Assembly (NCBI RefSeq): GCF_030758345.1
Contig: NZ_JAVAMO010000007.1
Coordinates: forward strand, 137,127 to 201,126
Length of the DNA stretch: 64,000 bases
Reading direction: 5' to 3'
Source: Ruegeria sp. 2205SS24-7
GTDB taxonomy: Bacteria; Pseudomonadota; Alphaproteobacteria; Rhodobacterales; Rhodobacteraceae
The position numbers and the translations under genes were made by a program. Shown here piece after piece: positions 18,479-33,400 of the stretch. Each line of letters starts with the position of its first letter. The first letter of the stretch is position 1. The notes under the pieces were generated by a model, which worked only from the letters and a program-made list of their open reading frames with translations, was not told where the DNA came from and did no database searches.

Positions 18479-21400
18479 GCGCCCCACCCACGCCATCATA
18501 TGACGACCGCGACCTTGAAGAGGCCATCAAGGTGATCACGCTTCTCGAGGAACGGCTCGAAGAGGCGCAATCGCGTGGGGATGAACCTATCGCAATCATC
18601 GGTATGGGGTGCCGGTTCCCCGGCGGTGCAAACAATCCCGATGCTTTCTGGGACATTCTCAATCAGGGCTTTGATACGTCCTGCAACATACCACCGGATC
18701 GTTGGAACATCGCGGGTCCGCATGAAGCGTTTTTTGCAACCATACGCGGCCATTTTTTGGACGCCCGCCCGGACGGGTTCGACGCGAGCCTCTTTGGTCT
18801 GGCACCTGCGGAACTTGCCGCGATGGACCCGCAACAGAGGCTGTTGCTGGAGGTTGCATGGGAGGCTTTCGAGGATGCCGGTCTGTCGATTGACGCCCTA
18901 GCCGGGTCCAGAACCGCCGTTTTTGTGGGCATCGAGAAATCGGACTATGAGCGCGCCAGCCTGTTTTCCGACGATCTGAACCAGATCACACCGCATACGG
19001 CAACGGGCGTCGCCCAGTCGAACGCGGCGGGGCGGATCGCCTACAACTTTGATCTGCGGGGACCGGTCGGGGTTGTGGACGCGGCTTGTGCCTCGTCACT
19101 GCTGGCTCTTGATCAGGCGTGTCAGAAGCTGTCTCAGGGCTCCGCCGATCTGGCGCTTGCCGGCGGCGTCAGCCTCATGCTTGGCCCCGAGACATTTGCC
19201 GCGCTTTCCAAGCTCGGCGCGCTGGCGCCGGATGGGCGCTGCAAGACCTTCGATGCCGAAGCCAACGGTTATGGCCGAGGCGAGGGATGCGGCGTTCTGG
19301 TGCTCAAGCGGCTTTCGGATGCGCAACGGGATAGTGACCGCATACAGGCCGTTATCCATGGCGTTGCCGTTGGGCATGGTGGCCGGGGTAACGGGCTGAC
19401 CGCCCCGAATGTCAGATCGCAGGCGGATGTGATACGGGCTGCACTCGCGAGCGCGAAAAAGACCCCGTGCGAGGTTGACTATCTGGAGGCGCACGGGACG
19501 GGCACTCAACTGGGTGACCCTATTGAAATTGCCGCGATCACCGAAGTATTCGGCCCGGCTCGGCCTGCGGATCGGCCTCTCTTGGTCGGATCGGCCAAAT
19601 CGAATATCGGCCATCTGGAAGCTGCCGCCGGAATGGCGGGCCTTGTCAAACTGGCCCTTGCCTATCGCCATGGGGAGTTGCCGCCAAACTGCAATATCAA
19701 TACCCCAAACACACTGATCGACTGGGAGACCGCACCGGTTGAACTCGTGACCCGGTCTCGGGACTGGAAACCCTGCAGCAACGAGAGCGGGGCAAGCGCG
19801 CCCAGACTGGCGGGCATCAGTTCCTTCGGTTTTAGCGGCACGGTGGCCCATGCCATCATCGGCCCACCCCCGAAGGCGGCAGCTCAGCCGAAACCGTCGA
19901 CCGAAAGACCGGTGCAAATTCTCGCCCTGTCGGGCCAACGGACCGAAGCGCTTGCCGCGGTGGCCGGGCGCTTTTCAGAAGCGTTGGGCCTGCCCGGCAG
20001 CGACCTGCCAACTGTCTGCGCGAATGCCAACGTAACGCGCAAGCATCACGCCCTGAGGGCGGCGCTGATCAGCGATACCTCGCAGGACATGAAAACCTTA
20101 CTGAAAGATCCTCTGACACCGCAGGCCGGACGTGTGATCTTGGGGCGCGCAAACCCCAACGAACCGGCACGCGCCGCCTTCGTCTTCTCCGGGCAGGGCG
20201 GTCTGCGAAGCGGCGTCGGGCGCGATCTCTATGGCACGGTCCCGGCCTTCACGGACATGATCGACGCCTGCGGCAAGACGCTTGACCCTCTGCTTGGGCG
20301 GCACCTGCATGAGTTGCTTTTTGACGAGAATACCGAGCAGACCGCTTTCGACGATCCGCAAGTCGCGCAGCCCGCTCTCTTTGCGTTGCAGGTGGCCCTG
20401 GTGGCGATGTGGCGCAACTGGGGCGTGGTGCCGTCAGTGGTTTTCGGCCACAGCTTCGGGCATTTCGCCGCCGCTCATACCGCCGGGGTGCTGTCGCTCG
20501 GCGCCGCGCTGGACCTTGTGATCGCGCGAGGGCAATTGGCGCAAAGCAATGCAGTGGAAGGACGCATGGCGGCCTGTTTCACCTCCGCCGCCGAGGTCGA
20601 AGCGACCGCGCGCGCGACAGGCGTCGAAGCAATCATTGCTGCCTACAACGCGCCCGAAAATTCCACCGTCTCCGCCACGCCCGACGCGATGGAACAGCTG
20701 ACATCCGCGTTGATCGCGCGGGGCGTCACGGTCAAGCCTCTGCCCATCCGCCGGGCCTTTCACAGCCATCACATGCAACCGATGGCCGAAAGGTTCGAAA
20801 AGCGTGTCGCGGCAGCGCAGCTTCAAGCACCCAAGATCCCGCTGATCCTTGACCTGACCGGCCGATTAGTCACTGGCGATGAATTGACCGACCCGTCAGT
20901 CTGGACGCTGCAACTGCTGGAACCGGTTCAATGCATGAAAGCGCTTGAGACGTTGCGCGCGCGCGGATGCACGGCGGCGCTGGAGATCGGCGCATCCGCG
21001 GTCATGTCCAGCCTGGGAGAGGAGAACGCGGACCCCGATGACAAGATGGCGTGGCTGCCCAGCCTGCGCCGCTCGACCAGCGGATGGCAACAGGCGCTTG
21101 CGACTCTTGGCGAGTTGCATGTGCGCGGCGTGCCGGTCGATTGGCGGCGCTTCCATTCCGAGGATGCGGCGCCGAGGATCAAGCTACCCACCTACCCGTT
21201 TCAGCGTAAGGCTTACCGCCTGCCGATGAAGCTGCCGGATCAGATGCGCCCGGATGAGCCGTCAGATCGACAATGGACTCCGGTGCGGGACTGGCTATTG
21301 AAGGGCGCCCCCCCGGCAAAGCAAGTCGCCGACGATCTCGCGGCGGCGGGACGCTTCGGGCGGCGGCATCTGGCCGCTTTCGCCCATGCGATCGGCCTGT

Positions 21401-24400
21401 TCGATCTGGCGCAGCTCGGCAGGACAGAGACCGAGTTGCTCGCGATGCTCGACATTCTGCCCGCCCATGAGCGCCTGATGCGGTGGTATGTTGATCTGCT
21501 GCTCGAAGATGGCTGGCTCGGCGCGACGGGTGACATGCTCCGCTCAACGCAACGGGCGCACAACACGGATTTCGCCGCATGGGCGGCCGAAACCCGAGCG
21601 GAAGAGAAGCGGCTGCAAGAACATCACCCCGATATGAGTGCCGCTTTCGAACTGCTGCGCCGGTGTTTCGAGGCGCTGCCCGACATTCTGAGCGGTGCGC
21701 GCGACCCGATGGAAGTGCTGATGCCGGGCGGTTCCGCCGAATTGCTTGGGGGGATTTACGGTCAGGGGCGGTTATCCCAATCCTTCAACTCGGTCATGGC
21801 GATGGCGGTTCCGGCTGCCGCTGAGGGCATTTCTGCACCTCGAATTTTGGAAATCGGCGGCGGCACAGGCGGTGTCACTCAAGGCATTCTCGACAGTTTC
21901 GCCCGGGAAAAGCGGGATGTTTCTTATACCTTCACGGACATAAGCGACGGCTTTGTCCGGCCCGCACGGGCACGTTGGGCCAACACATACCCAGCAATGG
22001 AATTTGCGACACTCGATGCCACGCTGGCGCCCTCAGCCCAGGGGTTCGAGGCCGCAAGCCAGGATGCGGTTGTAGCGTCAAACGTGTTGCACGCCACCCG
22101 GGACATGCAGGAAACGCTGCGCAACGCGGCAGAGCTCTTACGGCCCGGTGGAAAGCTCATCATCAACGAAGTCACACGGCTGCATGACGTGGTCGGCATG
22201 ATCTTCGGCCTGACACCGGGCTGGTGGCAATACGAAGATGATGCGCTGCGCATCTCGCATTCGCCGGTATTGAGCGTATCGGGTTGGCGAAAGGCACTGG
22301 ACGCCGCGGGCTTTACCGTCGAAGAGGTCCTTACCCTATCCGGAGACGATCCGGATCGCGCCCTTCAATCCGTGATCGTCGCGCGCCTTGTCTCAATGCC
22401 CGCACGCCTCGCCACAACGGCCCCCGCCGTGGCGGTCTCATCCGCACCAATCGCTGCCCCGGAACCCGCTTCGGACCATATTCCGGCCATGTGTGATCTG
22501 GTGAAAGAGATCAGCGGTATCGAACTGGCCCAACATGACCTCGATAGCGACCTCTTCGCGCTGGGTCTCGATTCCCTGCTGCTCATGCAATTGCGCAACG
22601 CGATCCAGAAACGGTTTGGCGCGAACCTGAAGATGAGCAGTTTCCACGATGAGATGTCCTCCGTCAGACGGATCGCGGATTATCTTTCTGAGCTGGCGCC
22701 ACCGCCCGAACCACCTGCAGCGCCGAGCCCCGCTCCGACATCAGCACCAGCCGTCACGCAATCCCCGCCCATACCTCAAGCTCATGAGAAACATACAGCG
22801 CCTGCGCAGGTGAAGTCCGCGCTGGAGGAGATCGTACAGCAGCAGTTGAAACTGATGTCGGATCAGATCGCCCTTTTGTCGGGACAGCAGAGCGGATTGC
22901 CAGCACCGCAGCCAGACGCCACCGCGACGCCGGTACCGGAAACGCCGACAGTACCACCGCCCAAACCTGCAACTCTCCCCGCCGCGCACCAGCAGGCACC
23001 GACTGCTGATCTGACAAAACGGCAACAGGAATTCCTGCAAGACCTGATCAGGCGCTATAACGCGCATACCGCCGCGTCCAAGGCTTATGCGTCCAAGGCC
23101 CGTCCGCAGCTCGCCGACTGGATCGCGACCATCGGATTCAGCCCCGAACTCAAGGAGTTAATCTATCCGATTGTTACGGCGAAATCAGAAGGCAGCCGCC
23201 TCTGGGATATCGACGGCAATGCCTATATCGATCTGGCCTGCGGGTTTGGCGTTGGGTTGCTGGGACATCAGCCCGCCTTCATCACCGACGCCATCCGGGC
23301 ACAGCTTGACGAGGGCATGGAACTCGCGACGCAAAGCGATCTGGCGGCTGAAACCGCGTCGCTGCTTTGCGAGTTGACGGGGTGCGAGCGCGTCGCCTTC
23401 AGCAATACCGGCACCGAAGCCGTGATGACTGCCTTTCGGCTGGCGCGCGCGGTCACAGGCAAGCCCAAGATTGCCATTTTCAAAGGGTCCTTCCACGGTT
23501 CCTACGATGGTGCGATGGCCTTTGGCAGCCCGCTTGGCACCATGTCTGCCTCGCTCGGCGTTCTCCAGAACCAGATTGAAGACGTGATCGTGCTCGACTA
23601 CGGCACGGATGCCGCACTTGATGCAATCGCTGCCGAGGCTGACCAGCTGGCCGGCGTGCTGGTCGAACCGGTGCAGAGTAGAAACCCCGATCTGCAACCG
23701 CGAGACTTCCTGCACAGATTGCGACAGATCACCGAAGACCGAGATATCGCGCTTGTTTTTGATGAGCTGATCACCGGTTTCAGATGTCATCCCGGCGGCG
23801 CACAGGCGCATTTCGGGGTCACCGCCGATATCGTGACCTACGGCAAGGTCCTGGGTGGCGGGCTGCCGATCAGTGCCATCGCGGGCAAGGCGCGTTTCAT
23901 CGATCCGATGGACGGCGGCGCCTGGCGCTATGGCGACAGCAGCGGGCCGACGGCGACGCAGATCTTCTTTGGCGGGACGTTCTGCCGTCATCCCTTGGCG
24001 ATGGCGAGCGCACATGCCACGCTCACCCATCTGAAGGAGCAGGGCCCCGCGCTACAGGAGCGCCTGAGCGCCCGGACCCGGGCAATGACGGACCGTTTGA
24101 ACGCGATGTTCGCCCGTCTTGGCATACCTTTCCGTATTGCCGGCTTCGCATCGCAATTCCAGGTGCGCCAGGTGACCCCGCAGGGAGAACTTTACCAGAC
24201 GCTCCCGCTCTCGCTCTTCTTCTTCTCACTGATGTTGCGCGGCATTTATTCGTGGGAGCGCCGAACCTGCTTCCTGTCCACCGCCCATTCGGATGCCGAT
24301 ATCAGTACCATCGAAGACGCTATGGAGGCGGCCGCCAAGGACCTTCTGCTTGGGGGCTTTTTCGGCGGTGACGACGGCGGTGGAAAGACCATTGAACTGG

Positions 24401-27400
24401 AGAGCCCGCAGCCGACCCACCTGCCCCTGACTGCCACGCAACGCGAAATGCGGCTGATGGCGCTCAAGCAACGGGGCGGCGATCGGGCCGAAATGCTTGT
24501 GGGGGAAGTGGCCGGACCGATCGACTCGGACAGGCTGCAGATCGCGTGCAATCGCCTCGTCGAACGGCACGACGTATTGCGCGCGCAAACGATAGACGGT
24601 GATGCGCTGATACTCGGCAGCCAAGGTCCCTGCCTGAGTGCAAACGCGCTGTCTGATCTTGATCACGACTTGCAGGATGGCGACGGAACCGCCTGGATCG
24701 CGGAACTCGCCGGAACGCGGATCGATCCTCAACGGGACCCGCTGCTGGCGTTCGACCTGCTCGATCTCGAAAACGGTCGCGCGCTCGTAGCCTTGCGGGC
24801 TCATCCGCTCATCTGTGACGGTTGGTCCATGGGGGTCATGATCACGGAACTGGCCGCGCTCTATTCGGGCGGCGCGGATCACACGCTAGAACCATCGACC
24901 TCTTTCGGTGATTTTGCAGATTGGGCCGCAAGCGCCAAACCAGACGAAGAGCGTGCAGCGCAGGGATACTGGCGGGAACGTCTGTCTCAAGGCATCGAAC
25001 CGATTGTTCTGCCGATCGACCGGCTGGCGCTTCGGCAAGGCGACAAGGCGGGGCGGCGTCTGCACCGGGTCATCGGCGGCAAGGCGGCAAAGGACGTGCT
25101 GGACCTCAGTGTCTCCCGAAACACCACGCCTTTCGTCGTTCTCCTTTCCGCCTATTCCGTTTTGCTGACACGGCTTTCCGGAGCATCGCGGCTCGCAATT
25201 GCGATCCCCGTCCCCGGTCAGGCCTCGATGGAAGCATCTCGGCTGGTTGGCCAATGCGCGGCCACTTTCCCTCTGGTGATGTCGGTCGATACCCAGGCAA
25301 CGGGCAACGCCCTGCTCGGCCAGGTGAAGCATGGCATCATGGCGATGCTGGATCACCAATGCGTCCGTCCACAGGATGCGATACAGGATGACACTTCCCC
25401 GCCGCCGCTTTCGGTCGGGTTCAATCTGGATCGCGACCCGGGGCAAATCCGGTTTGAGGGTCAGCCCGTCTCGATCCGGCCAGTGCCAATCGGTGACCCC
25501 AAATACGCGCTCAATCTCAATGTCATCACGACGGATGGGCAGTTCCTTCTGGATTTCGACTATGACGCCACGCGGTTGGATACTGGGACGGTGGCCGCCT
25601 GGGCCGACGCCTATTCATCCCTGCTAAGCGATCTGTGCGACAACCCGGAACGCCGCATAGATGACATTGGGCGGCGACCTGTGACCGAAACAGGGCCACT
25701 GCCGGATCTGCCCGCTGCCATGTCGGCGGCGCTCTCCAATGCGCCGGACAGGGTTCTTGCGACCGATGCAGACGGCCAACCCGTGACCGCAGGGTCAATT
25801 GCAACTCAGAACAGCGATGTCATTGCCGCGCTGGCGGACCGCCTGGGGATGCCGGTGCCCAAAGATACGCCGTCACGCGTTGAGGCCATCACCGCCTGGC
25901 AGAATGCCTGCGGGCTGGAGATCGGTGCAACGCTCACGCTGACCGCCGGATTGCCGGTGGTGGAGGCCTTGGCGGCGGCGGTTCTGGGAAAGCTGCACCT
26001 GCGCATCTCTGAGATGCCCGCGACTGGTCAGGCGATACTTCTCCCGCAAGATGCCGTGCGCGCCTGGATTCGCGAATGGGGGCGGCGCAAACCGGTCCGT
26101 TTGATCATCGAGTGCCGGAGTTCGCCTCTAGAGAGCTACCTGCCATCGCTCCAAGCCTCTCTCGCCGAAGGCAGCAGCGTCCAACTGATCCTTCGGCCTC
26201 ATACTGACAGGCAAGCTGCTGGTTATGCTGCGGCCTCCGTTGTGAGCGACATGAGACTGGTGCGCTTTGCGCCGCTGGACGGGCTGGCACTTTCGGTGCT
26301 GAACGACGATGGACAGCCCACGCTCGTGGGTTGCCGAGGTTCCTTGCACGCGGATGACGCGGCACTCGGCGTCACCGCGTCTTTGACCGCGAGTGGAGAG
26401 GTTGTGGCCTTAGCGGAGCCGCTCGAGAGCGCGGATGCTCGTGCGCTGCTGCTCTCCAATCCCGAGGTCGCCCAGGCCGAAGGCCCGTTGGACCGCCTAG
26501 TGGTCACAACGATTCCCGAGGCAATTGTTACGGCTCAGGAACTGGCTGCTGATCTTGCCCGCATGCTGCCGGGACCTTCGCTGCCGCGAAACATATCTCT
26601 TCACCGAGACGGTGCGCGCCACGATAGTTGGCAGGAGAAGTCGTATGAAGGTCCAACCGCCGGAGCATATCTTGAGACTATTCTCGATGTCTTTCGAGAT
26701 CATCTTGACCAGCCGAACCTATCAGCGCAGGACAGCTTCTTCGACTTCGGCGGAACAAGCCTGACCGCGCTGCGCGTCGCTGCCCAGATCGAACGCCGCA
26801 CCGGCCAGCAACTGGACGCCGCGTCCCTGTTCCGTGCACCTACGCCCGCAGGGATAGCCGAAAACCTGGGTGCAGAGTCCTACCCAATTCCAGCAACCGG
26901 CCTCCTGCGCGCACCCGCCTCTCCGGCCCAAAAACGTATGTGGACGCTGTCGCAGGTCGAGGGGCAGGAGGCGTTCTATGTCCTCTCCGGAGCATTCGTC
27001 TTTGACGGGTTGCTTGATCGGGATGCCTTGCAGGCTGCCCTGAACGCTCTTTTTGAACGCCATGGCATTTTGCGCACAGGCTACGATCTGAGCGACGGCG
27101 CCCTTTGGCAAATTATCCGCCCGTCAAAGGCCGTGGAACTGTCCGAACACATGGCCGAAGACGGAGAAGCCGCGCTGGCCCGGCATGTTCAGGAGCTGAC
27201 CGCTGCTCCGTTTGACCTGAGCGCAGGTCGGGTCTTTCGCACCGCATTGCTGTGCATCGACGCTTCGGCGAAATCGCACCATGCGCTGGTTTATGCCGTG
27301 CATCACATCGCCTTTGACGGCTGGTCCGAGGCAGCGCTGATCGCCGACCTGACCGAGCTGTATCAAGCCGCGCTTGGACACCGCGCCGCCGATCTGCCCG

Positions 27401-30400
27401 AACTGAAGCTGCAACATATCGACGCCTGCCTCTGGCAGGACGCGCGCCTGCACGGGCCGGACGGCAGGGCGGCGCTGGATCGCTGGGCCGCGCGTCTGAA
27501 AGACCTGCCGCAGCCGACCGCCCTGCCCCACGACCGCCCGCGCTCAAACCTGCAGAGCTTTGCCGCCGCCCGCTGCGATCTCCGCCTTTCGCGGTCCACG
27601 ACAGCGGGTCTGCGCGATCTGGCGCGGCAGGCGGGAACAACACCCTATCTTGCTGCGCTCGCCGGGCTGAAAGCACTGATCCACCGCTATACAGGGTCGA
27701 ACGATATCACCTTCGGCACGGCACTCACACGCAGGGGGCATCCGGACCTGCTGGGGCAGATCGGGAACTTCGTGAACACCCTGCCTCTCAGGGATCGCCT
27801 GAGCGGTTCGGACAGTTTCCGCACTCTGCTCTGGCGCGTGGCTGACACCGCCGCTGACGCATTTGCGGACGGAGATACGCCCCTTGACGCAATCCTCAAC
27901 CGGATCGGCCAGCCGCGCGACGTGGCACGCGCCCCACTGTTCGATATCCTGGTCAGCGCCGCCGATATCGAGCGGCCTGAGCTTGTCCTCGGGGGCGTGG
28001 CGGGCAGAGCGGTCGATGACCTGATCCCACCTGCGTCGGGTTTCGATCTCTATGTCGAGATCAGTACGGACAAAGAGTGCGCGCTTTTGCGTGTCACTTA
28101 TAATTCCGACCTGTTCGACGAAGACCGTATTGCCCGAATGGGGCGGCATCTGGAAACCCTGCTTGCGGCCTGTATCCGGGACCCCTCGAAACCGATTGCC
28201 CTGATCCCCCTTCTCGACGCGTCGGAAAACGCCGAGGTCACGGCCTATTCGCAATCCCACAAGCCGGAACTCTATGTGTTCGATGACCGGATGGCACTCT
28301 GCCCGGTGGGTATCGAGGGCACGATCTTCGAGACCTGCGCCCGGGACCTGCCGGGTGCCATACCCCATGCGCTTTCGCCATCCGGCTGGCTGCGGGATAC
28401 TGGGCAGCGCGCACAATGGACAACGACCGGACGGCTTGCCTATGCTGAGGTGACCAAGGAGCCGACCCCGGTCACTCCGGCTATGTCGTCGGACGAGACG
28501 ACGAAAACACTGCTGGAAATGTGGCGTCGCTTTCTGCCCTCCGGCGCCGCGCCGACAACCGATGACAGCTTCTTTGCGCTTGGCGGCAATTCTCTTGGCG
28601 CAGTTCAAATCGTTGCACAGGTGCGGGACACCTTCGGTGTGGACCTGCGCGTGAAGGACCTGTTCGAGCGGCCGAGTGTTGGCGCGTTTCAAGGTTTTCT
28701 GGGCACCCTCGCGAAACCGGGCGAACTGACCGGAGAAGCCGAAGAAGACACCTCTGTAACGCTTGCCCCAGCGCAGGAGCGGATGTGGCTGCTGGACAAT
28801 GTGGCGGCTGACAAGTCGGCCTATTGCATGTCGGGCGCCTTCTGGATTGGTGGTCGCCTGGACATGGACCGTTTGCGGCAGGCCCTTCGTGCAGTCGCGC
28901 AACGGCACGAGGCCCTGCGCAGCTTCTTTTCCGAGGCTGACGATGGCACGCCGCATATCAGCATCGCTGCGCAAGTCGAGCCAGCCCTGACGGTCGAGAC
29001 GGCACCGGACGAGGCAACAGCTCTGGCGCGCGCTGCAGAGATGAGCGGGCAAGGTTTCGATATGTCCAGAGCGCCGCTCTGGCGCGTGCACTTCACGCAG
29101 GCCGGAGCCCGCACCCTGCTGACCATCAGCCTGCATCATGCCATCGCCGACGGCTGGTCGGTCGCCCTCTTCCTGCGCGATCTGACCAAGGCCTATCAGG
29201 GCGAGGCTTTGCCTGCCGCCAGCGGCGCTTACCGGGAGCATGCACGGCGCAGCCGGCTCCTGCTCGACAGTCCAGCGGGCGCGGAAAGCCGCGGCTACTG
29301 GCAAGAGACGCTCAGGGACGCACCGCAAGAGATCGCGCTTTTCACTGATCGGCCAAGACCGAGCGTCAAATCCTATCGCGGCGGCGTGGTTCATTCGGAA
29401 CTTGACGCCACAACCGCGCAGGCGCTTCGCGCTCTGGCGACGGCGCAGCGCGGAACGCTTTATCAGGTGTTGATGGCGCTCAGCGCAACGCTGCTGCACC
29501 GCCATTCCGGGCAGAGCGATCTGGTGATCGGTAGCGTCGCCGCTGGCCGCCACAGCACCGAAGAATTCGACCAGATCGGCTGTTTCATCGAAAACTTCGC
29601 GCTGCGCCTCGATCTCGACCCCGAGACAACGTTCGAGACTCTCCTAGCCCAGACTGTCAAAAGGCTGACGGAGGCGCAGGAGCATAGCCGTTATCCGGTG
29701 GAACTGCTCGGCCAGTCGCGCGGGGGCACCGGCCGTGGCGGCAGACTGGGCCTGTTCAACATCATTGTCACGGTCGAGGAATTCACCGACGAGGCCCTGT
29801 CCTTTGACGGGCATCCGGCGCGCACCGCGCAACTGCCCAGCGTGATCTCGCGTGCGGATCTGATCTTCTACCTGCGCCCGTCGGCGAAGGGGATTGCCAT
29901 AGAGATCGAATATGACGCCGATCTGTTCGATGCCGAAACCATCGAACGCATGGCTGAGCATCTCGGTCATTTGGCCGTGGCTGCGGCCAATGCGCCAACC
30001 GACAAGCTCTCCACGCTTCCCCTGATCGGCGCAGAGGAACGCGAAGCGGTCGTCAGCGGATTTAACCAAACCGCCACCGACTACCCGCGAAACAGAAATG
30101 TCGTCGATCTGTTCAGAGAGGTCGCGCAAAACTCGCCGGACGCCATCGCCCTGCGTCACCACACAAACAGCGTGACATACCGGGAGGTCGATCTCTGGTC
30201 CGACCGCATCGCCGCGGGTCTTGTCACACACCATGGCGTCAAGCCCGGCGATCTGGTGGCTTTGATGTCCGATCGTCAGCCTGCCCTGATCGCCGCGATG
30301 CTCGGGGTGCTGAAGGCCGGAGGTACTTATGTACCGATTGACGCCGATTACCCGGCAGAGCGCATTGCAACCCTGCTCGACATTGCCAAACCAAAACTTA

Positions 30401-33400
30401 CGTTGGGCGGCGCGGGCGACGCTCGACCGAGCGACGCGGTGAAACTCGACGCGGTCGAGGTCGATCCCGACGGTGTTGCGCTGCCGGAAGTCGGGCCGGA
30501 GGCACCGGCTTATGTGATGTTCACCTCGGGCTCTACCGGGACACCAAAAGGTGTGGTCGTGCCGCATCGCGCCATCGTCCGGCTTGTGCGCAATAGCGAT
30601 GTTGCCCCGCTCGGTGCGTCGGACACGCTGCTGCTGACGGGCGCGCTGTCCTTCGACGCGACCACCTATGAGATCTGGGGGCCGCTGCTGAACGGGGGCC
30701 GTCTTTTGCTGGCGGATCGGGAAACACTGCTCGACCCCTGGAGCATGGCCGAGGTCACGCGGCAGGAAAAGGTCACAGTGATATGGCTGACCGCCACGCT
30801 GTTCAATCAGTTCGCCGATCTCAATCCGACGGTCTTCGAGGGTCTGCACACCGTTCTGACCGGCGGCGAACGGATTTCCGCTCGCCATGTCGCGACCGCG
30901 ATGACGGCGAACCCCTCACTTGTGGTCGTGAACGGCTATGGCCCGACCGAGAACACGACCTTCTCAGCAACGCATCGGATCGAGACCCCGCCTGAACCCG
31001 GTTCAGATGTCCCGATCGGGCGACCGATTGCCAACAGCACGATCCTGATCCTCGACCCGGCAGGGGCACCCGCGCCGGTTGGATTGCCCGGCGAAATCTG
31101 CGTCGGCGGTGACGGTCTCGCGCTTGGTTATCTCGACCGGGATGATCTGACGGCGGAACGCTTCTCGACGCACCCAGATTTCGGGCGCCTCTATCGAACT
31201 GGCGATCTGGGATTGTGGATGCCGGATGGCACCGTGCGCTATCTCGGACGTGGCGACGATCAGCTTAAAATCCGCGGGAACCGGATCGAACCCGGCGAGA
31301 TCGCAGCCGTTCTGGAGGCGCTGGACGGCGTGCGGCAGGCCGCCGTCATTGCCCGCCCCGGACCGGCGGGGCCGGAATTGGCGGCTTATGTGGTGACCGA
31401 CCCGCATCCGGACATGGCCCGGCTCAGGAAAACCCTTGCAGAACGTTTGCCCGAGGCGATGGTGCCCGCCCATCTGATCGCACTCGACGCCTTGCCGGTT
31501 GACGCCAACGGCAAGCTGGACCGCCGCGCCCTGCCGGACCCTGCCGATATCGCGCCCTCACCCACCGCCGGCCGCGCACCTGCCAACCGGATCGAGACCG
31601 AAATCGCCGAGGAATGGTCAACACTACTGGGTGCTGCGGTTTGTGATGTGGACGCTGACTTTTTCGCCCTTGGCGGCCACAGCCTGCTTGCGGTCCGCCT
31701 GATCAACCGGCTTCAGGCCCGCTACGGGCCTGTGGCGACCCTGCGCGACCTGTTCGAGCAACCGACCGTATCCGGCCTTGCCAGATGCGTGATCGACGGT
31801 CTGGCGGGCGGCACGAAACCCGCGCCAGCCCTGCTGCCGCTGCTGCCCGCCTCGGACGGCTACGCGGCCTCTGCGCAGCAACAGCGCCTCTGCTTCCTGC
31901 AAAAGCTTGACGGGCCGGGTCCCAACTACACCGTGATCGGCGGCTACTGGCTGGACGGAAGCCTTGACGAGGCAGCCCTTGAAACGGCGCTCGCAACCGT
32001 CTCCGCCCGCCACGAAGCGTTGCGCACCCGGTTCCAGAGCACTCGTGGCAAGATACGCCAATGCATCGACGCTGAGGCCACGCTTCGGCTGGAGCGACAT
32101 GATCTGAGCGATGAAGACAACCCGACCAAGGCGGCAAAGCGTTTGGCGCGAAACATAGCTGCCGCACCCTGGGATCTGGCAAACGGCCCCCTCGCGCGCG
32201 CTGTCCTGATCAGGACAGCGCGCGACCGCGCGCTTTTTCTGCTCTCTCTGCACCACGCGATCTGTGACGGCTGGTCGATGGAGGTTCTGACGCGGGAGGT
32301 CACGACGGCCTATCTCATGGCCCGTTCCGGCGACGTTCCCGACCTTCCCGGTCTACCCTGCCAGCCAAAGGACATCGCAGCTTGGCAGACACAACGCCTT
32401 GCCGGGCCGGAGGGGAAGGCCGATCTTGCCTATTGGACCCGGAAACTGGACGGTCTGCCGCCGCCGCTGGACCTCCATGGTGGCCGGGCGAGCGACCTCG
32501 ATCCGGCAGGTACGCTGGCGCATCGGTCGGTGGTGCGGCTTGATGCCCACAGAGCCGGTCTGGAGGCATTGGGAACTGCGCGGAAGGTCAGCCTCTTCAC
32601 CGTTCTTGCTGCCCTGACCGCAGCCGCGCTCCATCGGTTGAGCGGGCAGACCGACCTGTGGCTGGGCACACCGGTCGCAGGACGGAACCGCCCCGAATTT
32701 GAGGATCAGGTCGGCTACCTGTCTGACATGGTTGTTCTGCGCAGCGCGATCGATCCTCAGGACGCCGTCGCCGGTTTTGTCGGGCAAACCGGCGAGGCGG
32801 TCGCCGCGGCGCTCAGCCATCAGGACATTCCGCTCGATGCCGTTGTACGCGCCCTCGGCCACGGCCCCGACCGCCCACTGTTCAATGCGATTGTCGCGTT
32901 GGAGGATATCCCGGCACTGCCGGAGCTTCCCGAGTTGACGCTGACACCATTCGATACGGGGCCAACCGGGCCGAAGACCGGTCTGAGTTTCACCTATCTC
33001 CAAGAGGCGGACGGAACGCTTTCCCTGCAGCTAGACGCCGATCCGGCGCAATTCACCGCTGAGCGCACCGAGCAGCTCGCCAGGACGGTCGAATGTCTGA
33101 TCGCGTCCGCGATATGCGCGCCCGAAAAAACCCCCCTCGCTCAGCTGCGCCTGACCAGCCCCGACGAGAGAACCCGGCTTCTGGAGTCGTTTGGCCGTTG
33201 CTCCGACATATCGGCAACGCCCGCGACGACCGTGCTCGAAAGTTTCGCCACACAAGCCGCCAGCGATGGGGATGCCGCTGCGGTGACCGGGCCAGATGCC
33301 ACCCTTACCTATGGTGAATTGGATATGGCGTCCAACGCCATCGCGCACGCGTTGCGCGACACTTTTGGTATAACGACGGGGGCGCGGGTCGGGCTGGCCC

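Noticed and set aside
22690-22990. Pro/Ala-rich repetitive stretch (PPPEPPAAPSPAPTSAPAV...PVPETPTVPPPKPATLPAA) that could be mistaken for a nucleotide tandem repeat or a separate gene
   Set aside because: It is in frame within gene 2 between the ACP and the aminotransferase. It is an interdomain flexible linker, not an independent feature.
27544-29553. 669 aa minus-strand ORF, together with many other long antisense ORFs inside the NRPS/PKS genes (for example 29644-30888, 42289-43875, 35512-36192, 55013-55933)
   Set aside because: They lie antisense to genes with strong domain evidence. Their products are Arg/Ala/Gly-rich with no recognisable motifs. They are typical spurious ORFs of high-GC DNA.
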